The notes beneath the pieces are model-generated. The model was not told the origin of the DNA. It saw nothing but the letters and a program-made list of their open reading frames with translations, and did no database searches. The translations under genes were made by a program, and so were the position numbers. From NCBI GenBank assembly GCA_965285935.1, contig OZ260667.1:27652001-27716000 (forward strand): DNA of 64,000 nt, in the 5' to 3' direction. The stretch is from Ophelia neglecta. Taxonomy: Eukaryota. Shown piece after piece: positions 55,590-64,000 of the stretch. How positions within the stretch are numbered: position 1 is the first letter of the stretch; each line of letters opens with the position of its first letter.

Positions 55590-56497
55590 GGCTGGTTCAT
55601 TGTTTCTTTCATTCATAAATTACTTTGTGAAAAGTTAAACCATTTTACGTGACGCAAGGGGCGTGTAGGTATAGAAGTGTGACCTAAATTCTATTAATGA
55701 CAAAAAAGTAACAAAACACACATATAAAGTTCTCATATCTTTAGCTATTCCATTATTTTATATAACTTAGTCATTCAAAATAATAAAGTGAAATAAAGTA
55801 ATCAGTTTTGATAATCGAAATGGATATGTCAATAATTAACACCCCCTAGACGAAAGTTGACAATAGCCCAGTCCAACGCCTGTCAAGTCTGTCGACATGG
55901 CAACGGTGACGTAATGCGGTCAGAGTTTGTTGTGGTATCCACGATGTTGCTAAGGGTTTGTAAAAGTTGTTAAAAGGCCGGCGGTTACTTAGACATAAAC
56001 AAATGACGTGTGACCTGTCTCGATTTTAAAAAGGTCACACCGACACATATTTGCAGTGATAGTCTACATATGTTGCTCTTCTGTCTGCAATCATCTGAAT
56101 CAGTTATAATTTCGTGATCAATGATCGATTAATTTGGAATTATGTATAACTGTTTGCGATGGACATGGGAACTGTCGTGGATTGAGGATTGTTGACTTTA
56201 TCCACGTAAAGGGTTACCACTGTCTTACTAGTATTCTATAGCATTTATGGTAGCAAAATAATCAGTCAAAATTTAAACGCAATCGTTAGCCTTTTGAACA
56301 TATTGACAGAAAAAAGAAAACGTTAATTTATTGAGTTCATAAACGTTTGCTTAATGCTTCGGGTGCTATACCTATTATGGAATGAATATACATATACAAT
56401 ATTAATAGCCTTACCCCGCTGGCAGTGGACAATACGAACAGATGTGCGTTTAATAATGCTTTCCAGTCATTTTATTCCCATCTACTTGGGGGAAATG

Positions 56498-56710
56498 GGC
56501 GAGAGCGAAAGCTGTTGCAAAAGCAGCATTGGTGACACAATAATCTGAAATATCAGTTATTTTATAACCCAACCCTAACCCAGACATCTCAATTTTGTTT
56601 TTGATATAAATGGGTAAAGGTAGGGTTTTTATTGTGTTTATATTAGCTCAATTTAAGTGGCCACACAGCTTTCACCGACGCTTTCGCTTTCCCCGTTATC
56701 ACAAAAAGCC
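56498..56710 (-). mobile_element. MITE family A, copy 3 (inverted, one end truncated)
   Basis: Reverse complement of the copy 1 interior (agcagcattggtgacacaataatct..agacatctcaattttgtttttgatata..attagctcaatttaag). Confidence 0.85.
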
Positions 56711-58341
56711 ATTGTAAAGAGGGTTTGTTTTTAAGAACAAAGGAGACAAATGCCTTATAGATGTTCTTAATTTGATATAGATCTTGTAACGGGACTGCAA
56801 CATAACGGCTACTTGAACGCCAATTGTTCGCCCCTGTGTGCTACTGTTATCCGGATGCATCCTAGAAGTCATTATTTAATGTGATCAGAGTGACAAGGAT
56901 GAAGTCCCATGCGCTATGTGCTACTCCATTTGCATTGTGGTTGACTCACACTTGGAGGACGTCAGTAATTTGTTTAAATACTGTTCTGCACAGTCAACTG
57001 CTGATGAGAAATTTCAACTTGCAGTAAAGAATGCAAATTTATGAAAATTATTGTACATCTATAACATATCTATCTGTCGAGATTTGTGTTTGTTTCCTAT
57101 TCCTCCAGTAATTTGTAAATGACACAATCGTGCGTCCATGTGCACAGCAGATGGTACGTACTTGAAAGCCATTATGAGGCCAATGTGTAATGCGCAGGAG
57201 TTACCACAGCGAACAAAAGTATACGTTATGTACAGAGAAACTTACACCAATGATGCAAGCTGCATAGTGATTCTAGGACAATAAGGGCACAAGATCTAAG
57301 GAAAGCTATCCTTTGATGTATGTAGTTTACGATACATGTCGGCTTTCTCTTCAGAGCCCACAATCAATCAAATACCAGTCGTTCTAAAACTAAGTGTTGC
57401 TTACTGTCGGACCCTAGTGACGTGTTGGGTAGATAATACAGTCTTCAACTGAAAATTGTCTCAATGACTTAAAGGTGCTTTTTATACACGAGGTTTATCT
57501 ATGATGACTCCCTGTAAGTGTTATCTGTTCGACACGTCAGTCATAGATTACATACGTACAATAAGACATTGGAAGTAGTACTGTACATGTTAAGAGTTAC
57601 TGCCAATTAGCCCAACCAACGCTCTAATTGGCGTCGAGTCCGAATTTCTTCAGATATCGACTCCCTTTACCAATAGGGAAAAGGTCTATAAACAAGGCTT
57701 TCTTCTTGAAGGTGTATGATCATCTATAACCCCCTGGAGAGTACAGTTATAATGATCAACCAAGTCCGAAACATGCAAACTTGGATCAACCGAATCGAGA
57801 TCATGCAGTGTCTCTTTGTAGACTATATAATAGATTTGATATTAATAACTGGTCATAAGATAATGAGAGATTACAATGTGACATTTCATCTGCATTCTAA
57901 CAACATTCAGACATATGCACCTTTCAGCCACAGATCACATAATAACTTTCCTGTAGCACAAGCTTAAGATAGAGCAATGTGTAGTTTGCCAATGGGTGGA
58001 GCTCAAAACGAGCAAAACCCGGATTTCGATGCAAAAAAAACACTGAGGCATATACAAAATGAAGATTATTTAACTTTCATTCAGATAGGTACTGCGAATT
58101 ACGAATCTCCTCTTGATTCGGCTTGAACCATTATTAAAGATCACCAGAAAAACACATAAACCGGGCTGTTAAAGCTTCCTTCTACCATTACTGAAATATC
58201 AATCAGATAAAAAAAATGTCACTCCCCTAGGCCCGTAAAGACAGCTATAATACACGTATTTGTTATGTTAAATATAGATAGCAGGAATTCCCTTCATATT
58301 ACAACTTGATTGCAACTTACACAGATGAGATACATTTTTGG

Positions 58342-58557
58342 GGCTTTGTGTTAACGGCGAAAAAGTAAGCTTCGCCGCATGGCCTCTGAAATTGAGCTAA
58401 TATGAACACAATAATAACCCTACCCTTACCCGTTTATATCAAAAACAAAATTGAGATGTCTGGGTTACGGTTAGGTTGTAAATAACTGATATTTTAGATT
58501 ATTGTGTCACAATGCTGCTTTCGCAACGGCTGTCGCTTCCGCCGTTAGCACAAAGCC
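58342..58557 (+). mobile_element. MITE family A, copy 4
   Basis: ggctttgtgttaacggcgaaa..gccgttagcacaaagcc. Flanks catttttgg / ccattttgg form an imperfect 8-9-bp TSD. Confidence 0.85.
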
Positions 58558-60722
58558 CCATTTTGGTGATGTCTCAAACCAAGACAAAATCGTTTGGTTC
58601 TCGTGCATTCTGAAGTGTGGGCCCACCACTGTGGAATGCTTTGCCTAGTCAGTTAAATTTCATTGACCATGTTAAGAATCTTAAAGTGGTCTTTAAAGAC
58701 TGTGTCTTTTCACTGATCAAGTTTAAGCTATCATTGAGTTCGACGACTCCCAGGCTAATTAAGTGAAAGTCATAGTTACTATTGTTTTTACACCGGTGCA
58801 GGTGGTTGATGTTTGTTTGCCTGCTGCTGGCGGTTCCTTGTGACTTCGCAGACATTTAAGGGACTACTTTCGATCAACGATTCTGCCTTATATAATGGGC
58901 ATCAAATCCATTTTTTTATATGGAAATTAAAGAAACGATTATGGGTTCTTGCTTCTAGAATGGAGCCTCCAACAATTCCATCCAGGACATTATGATATAT
59001 TAAAAACGAAAGGAAGGCTTAATTAGAAAGTTGGGCGGAACAAACGCTATATATGTTTTTTTTTAAATAGAAAACACAATTCAAGCTGCAAAATGCAATA
59101 TCGAATAAGTTTTAGATTTCAAAACTTGTATACCCAGGGCATTAATTAGAAATAACATAGTCTTTAACATTCTGTGGCAGTAACAGGTGCCTGATGTTAG
59201 AGCAAACCAACTTTCGTATTGTTTGAACTTGCTCTTTCAATAGGGATAATGAATTGTTAAAGGCACGTCCGAGAATTGACCAAGAGCGTAAGCACGAAAG
59301 CAACGGTTTGCATTGGCCCAATGGCCCACAGCAATATAACTGCAAAAGAGAGCGGTTGAGTTTACCCACGTCAGCCATTCACTGTCATCGAGAGCATAGG
59401 GAACACCAATAAACACTGCCCTACTGCTCTATTGACATATTAACATGGGATGAGTGCTCTTATGGATGTGAATATATGCCCATAAGTCTTGTTAACCCTG
59501 GTTCTGGCTCACATTACATTAATTCTCACCTTTTTATTTAAGGGTCTTCCATTGGAAGGTATTTGTGTTTACTGAGCGTGTAATATGGTCGCACACACGT
59601 ATAAGTAGGGTGCAAACTTAATAAAATATATTGGTTGCCAGCCAAGCTTTAATACAAAAAGCACCTTCCAACAAAATAAACAGATATCAAATGTTATTTT
59701 GTCATCTGAAGAGGATGCTAGTGGAATTTCCATGAACATAATTCTATCACCAACGAATGGCTTATCTTAACTGTTGTCAATAACTATGCTATTTGTCGTC
59801 TCGAGTTTCAATCAATATGAGCTTAACGTTGTTTGTGTTTCCTACTACACGACCCCTTTCTTTCTAATCGAAGATTAAATGCAAACACCAATAGCTCGTT
59901 ATATGACGCAAATGCAAAACAACTATAGTCACCATGACAACCGTTTTTCAGGCATCAGAAATATTCAAGGTTAATCATTCTCAAAAAAAGGATGGTTTCC
60001 ACCAATTTTGTGATCACAGAACAATTATTTAGACCACAGCCGATGTAACAACAAAACAATCTGCATCTTTTCCGAAAATGAGTAAAAATGGCTTAAATCT
60101 AGGGAGTTTTTCATCCCAGGGATTGTGCTAAATGTCCTTTGGCAAGTTAGAAGCAACATTATATTAATGGAAAATGTAGGTGGAACACAGTGAATAAATG
60201 TGATGAAGAACAAAAGAGGCAAAAGGTGTCTCAATCCCCACTTCCTTTTAACGCTTGATCCAAAATTATACTATTAATCACATATGTAGTCAGTTTTTGG
60301 AGTAAGGCCATTATGCAACTTCTAGCAATTGTGCAAAATTGGACTAAGCTGAAAACAATGTTTAAGAAAAATGGTAAAAAATTTTTTATTGCATTTGGAC
60401 CCTTTTCCCATGCATGGCTTGTAGTTATAATGTAGGTTACTTATCTGGACCTATTAACAAGGACAACATTCTTATCTCTCATCAATAGTTCATCTCGTGT
60501 GTGCATCTACGTGTGTAAATACTTTTTATATAAGACATTTATAAATATTAATGATAATGAATTAAACAAACCCTCAGAATGCTAGCCAAATCACGATTAA
60601 CTAGAAGAACACGCAGTTATTCCGTTTCCACAATGGTAAATAGGTTGAAAAGATGAGCAAAGGGGCCAAAAAATCAGTGCTGTTTCATATAAATTTTATA
60701 TTAAAACAAATATCATAACCAG

Positions 60723-60730
60723 GTTTTATT

Positions 60731-60766
<36 letters not shown>

Positions 60767-60774
60767 AATAAAAC
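60723..60774. repeat. Perfect 52-bp palindrome centred on (TA)12
   Basis: GTTTTATTCATACA-(TA)12-TGTATGAATAAAAC. Confidence 0.9.
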
Positions 60775-61290
60775 GGAGCGATTTCATTGCAGATGACAAA
60801 GTCATGGAGGGCATCCTTCGGCCTAACAATACACTTGGCCGCATGCACCAAGGTTTTAACCCCAATATTCCTAAACCAAACGTTCCTTTATCATTGGATA
60901 CTCTTCGGAATTTCTCACTTGCCTTACAGCAATGCCATTTTCATTCATCGGTCAGAGGTAAGTCACATATTGTATCTGCCCCCCCCCCCCCCCCCTACTA
61001 TGGTTAAATAAACTGGTGCTGCCACCTTATGGCCAACGTGGAGTACTACCAATCAGGCGATGAGCCCCAACACCATAGCTATCGTAAGGTTTATTGCAAT
61101 AATTGCCAGCAAATTGAGTAAAAGGAAATCAAATTTTGGACTATAACAATTCTGATTCTAACAATATACCTAAATTACGGACACTTAATGGCCCCCATGG
61201 TGCTTATGTGTCATTAAAGCCCAAAAATCTAAACCCAGACAAACAATCCGTAGATGCAACTAGTCTTACTTATAAGTCTCTAATAGACAA

Positions 61291-61331
61291 ATACTCAGAT
61301 GGCATACTCAGATGGCATACTCAGATGGCAT
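61291..61331. repeat. Tandem repeat, 13-bp unit x3
   Basis: ATACTCAGATGGC occurs three times exactly. Confidence 0.95.
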
Positions 61332-63879
61332 CCTACTGTTGGACAATTTGATGAAATCATGCATCAAGATCCTGATTTGATTACAAGGAAATTACTTCGT
61401 CCCCCTGGACTAATGATTCTCGCTGAGTACAAGTTCTGGGCCATTGGGTCACATTTACAGTAGGGACGTCGTGTGAAACGGGCTTTCAGCAAGAATGTAT
61501 ATACAACAAATAAATTGCAACAAGCCCGATTCCATGGTCCACAAATGCCAAATAACAGATAAGTTTGCTGCATATGTCATATACAGAAAAAGCTGTATAT
61601 ACAAAACCCCAATGAGAGCTGTACACTACTCTCTTTAACAATATTATTCGTATGGAATATGACATGTCAGTATTTAGAATCTCTGACATTAAATGGCATT
61701 TGTGTATTTGGTAATGGATATCTTCGAGATATTTGTCCTACAAATACTAAAATAGTCAAGAGATTTTCGGACTTTTCAGCAGACTTTTGGCAGCTGAATC
61801 AACGTCCACAAGATGCTGGTTATATGAGAAGTTTAATCACTATGGTATATTGTTACAAGTTATTCTGCACATTTATTACGAAGATAATTAATTTTGCTGT
61901 TTGTTCATCCATTTTCTTTGCAGTTTGAAATCAAACGTCCAGTGCCTTTGTGTAACAATGACAAGATGGTATGCACTTCCATACTAAAAATAAGCTCAGA
62001 GAACTACATAGAAGAAGGCCCCTTCTGTTCTTGCAAAGGATGTCAATCAAATTGGGAGGCAGACGACAACCAGTCTCTAACCTGGTACCATCATGAACGA
62101 GGTAGCAACTGCTTTTTAATCCGATTCGTTCTCAATCGAACACGTTGAGCATTTCCCGTTAAAGGGGCTCAAACGCATTAGAGACCCGAAAATTTAGCAT
62201 CTCTACCAAATGTTTCATGATTGAAAGTCCTGTCGGCAGGGCTCATGCCAAATATTCTTATCGAAATGGAATGATACAGGGAAGAAATAATGGCATTTAA
62301 CTTGTCAACGTGAACCCCAAAATAATAGAAAATAAATGTGCATCTTGAACAAGTTAAATCATGTGGTATATACATGAAAGAACCCCACCCCCCCTTCTAG
62401 CTCGGTAATCAAATGATTTCAAACCAAACGAATATATTTGGAATCATATTGTAAACACACAGGCACACCGGACGCCACGTAAAGGCTCAAAACAAACATT
62501 ATATTCGTCGAAGCTAACCATTCTTCTTTGAGATAAATATAATGTTGGCCCCAGTAAAAACATTTTGTAACTAATAACACTGGGTAAATTTATGAACAAA
62601 AGATGCAACCGACAATAGCACATGCGTACGGCGACTTACATTTCATTTCTAAAACATCTTCATTTAAGTTCTACCATGTAATCTCCTTAGACTACTTTAT
62701 TGCTACGTAGGATATCTGACATGGCATTGCCATTTTACGATATCATTATTAAATCAGAAACTTGAACCTTTCATTGATAACAGTGGATTGGTTGGTGCAC
62801 TTCCGGTTTTGCGAGGCTGTTCTGGCCAGACGTGAATGCAAAAACGAGGAATTGAGTGACGTGATAGCCGTGATGTGGGCGAGTGGTTCTGAGGATTGGC
62901 ATCCTCACCTGGAGTCAATACGATGTCACTGCCGAGACCACAGGTTCTACATGAGGGGATGGATGCTACGAGATGACAATATCTGGACCTATGAGTTCTC
63001 CTGCGAAAGGGTACGTACATGACACGCTTTGAAACAAGTAACAATCATTCAAAGCCTGGAGTTTTTTCTATTAAGTGTGAAAAAATTAACATAAAAGCCC
63101 TCACTAAACTTTTATTGAATTTATCAAGGCGCACGGCCATGCTTGTTATAAATTTATGATGTTCCTGCCTATATCTGACTTGCTAAAATGATCATAAGAC
63201 AACGATTAAATAATGACCAATGATGGATTGAGAAATAAGTGCTCTTGGGGCTGACAATAAAGTCCAATATATATGCATGTTAAAACAGTGTCACATTATG
63301 TGCTAAAAGACTTCTCGAGAAACAGTGGGCGTGTTGTTGTGCCAAATGATAAGCCGCTGTTCTCATGTCATTTAACTCTATCAAAATTACAGCCTACATT
63401 AGGGCGTGACGTCAATGTGAGTAACTCAAGGCAATCAGTGTCATTAACGTTAGAGTGGATATATATAATATTCCAATTAATATAGGTGAAGTTACGGTAT
63501 CGTCAAACTGTTCGCATTGCTCTAAGTTTATATAATGTGATATTTAGTCTCTATAGATAAATGGAATTTCTGTATTTATGTGACCCAAAGATAAATGTTG
63601 CTATTTAATTGTATGTAGACCTCATGTTCGCGCACCAAGTCTGTTTTGTATGCGTTCAGCATCCAGTCTTCCTATAATAGGCTGTAGTGTATATAGTGTA
63701 TCTCTGGCAACGTAGAATTATATCGAATGTGTGCCATGATAGTATTGTTAAGATTCAAACCACATGCCTCCAACGCCATGTCATGAAATGGCGCATAACT
63801 GGTTATGTGGTTGGAATATTACCATACCCAAGACACCAAGCTCCCAATTACAATACCTTTATTTGTAACATTTAAACAA

Positions 63880-63910
63880 GTGATTTGCGCCGCTTCCTGG
63901 CGCAAATCAC
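63880..63910. repeat. 12-bp perfect hairpin
   Basis: GTGATTTGCGCC-gcttcct-GGCGCAAATCAC, directly after TTTAAACAA. Confidence 0.8.
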
Positions 63911-64000
63911 CATTATATGTACTACAATCGCCCGATGCGCACAAATTAATGCACTTTCAATAGTGATCATATAAATATTTTTTCATTTAAAATAAAGACT

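Noticed and set aside
47940-57030. CTGATGA motifs (e.g. ~47945, ~48033, 57001) as hammerhead ribozyme cores
   Set aside because: I could not find a stem II followed by GAAA with matching stems I and III.
4005-62650. Tiny phase-1 ATG-donor pairs (ML near 4011, MS near 40915, MADV near 59366, MK near 62640)
   Set aside because: Too short or donors too weak to distinguish from chance, so not counted in the exon array.
1-64000. The short six-frame ORFs (60-163 aa) as genes
   Set aside because: No recognisable intact domains, many non-ATG starts, compositions typical of AT-rich non-coding DNA, and no operon-like packing.

Overview
This window is AT-rich (by eye a little under 40% GC), gene-poor eukaryotic DNA. 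Its repeat types suggest a marine invertebrate (inference only). No long ORF, operon, rRNA, tRNA or CRISPR array is visible, and nearly all short ORFs in the six-frame track look like chance ORFs. The best-supported features are mobile elements defined by terminal repeats and target-site duplications (TSDs): a Harbinger/Tourist-type MITE (24995-25294, TTA TSD); a CAC..GTG element with a 4-bp TSD (33490-34780); a 972-bp element with apparently perfect 168-bp TIRs and an 8-bp TSD (36252-37223); four copies of a ~225-bp MITE clustered in 51.7-58.6 kb; and one clear and one possible solo LTR near 47-48 kb. A ~2-kb decayed coding insertion splits a ~59-bp minisatellite (4.5-7.2 kb). The most interesting unexplained pattern is on the minus strand: a series of short ATG-to-splice-donor segments that all end in intron phase 1 (MSKNKLQKKDSGY, MGHQSPG, MSWGKLK, MKDIVSFLSK, MKRLAVFSK, MSFCDF..., MQQQAVNN, and a GUG-initiated 41-codon segment), plus a well-formed symmetric 39-nt exon. 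This suggests the window is the large 5' region of one gene with many alternative first exons, whose constant exons lie left of position 1. The gene cannot be named from this window, and the model needs RNA evidence.
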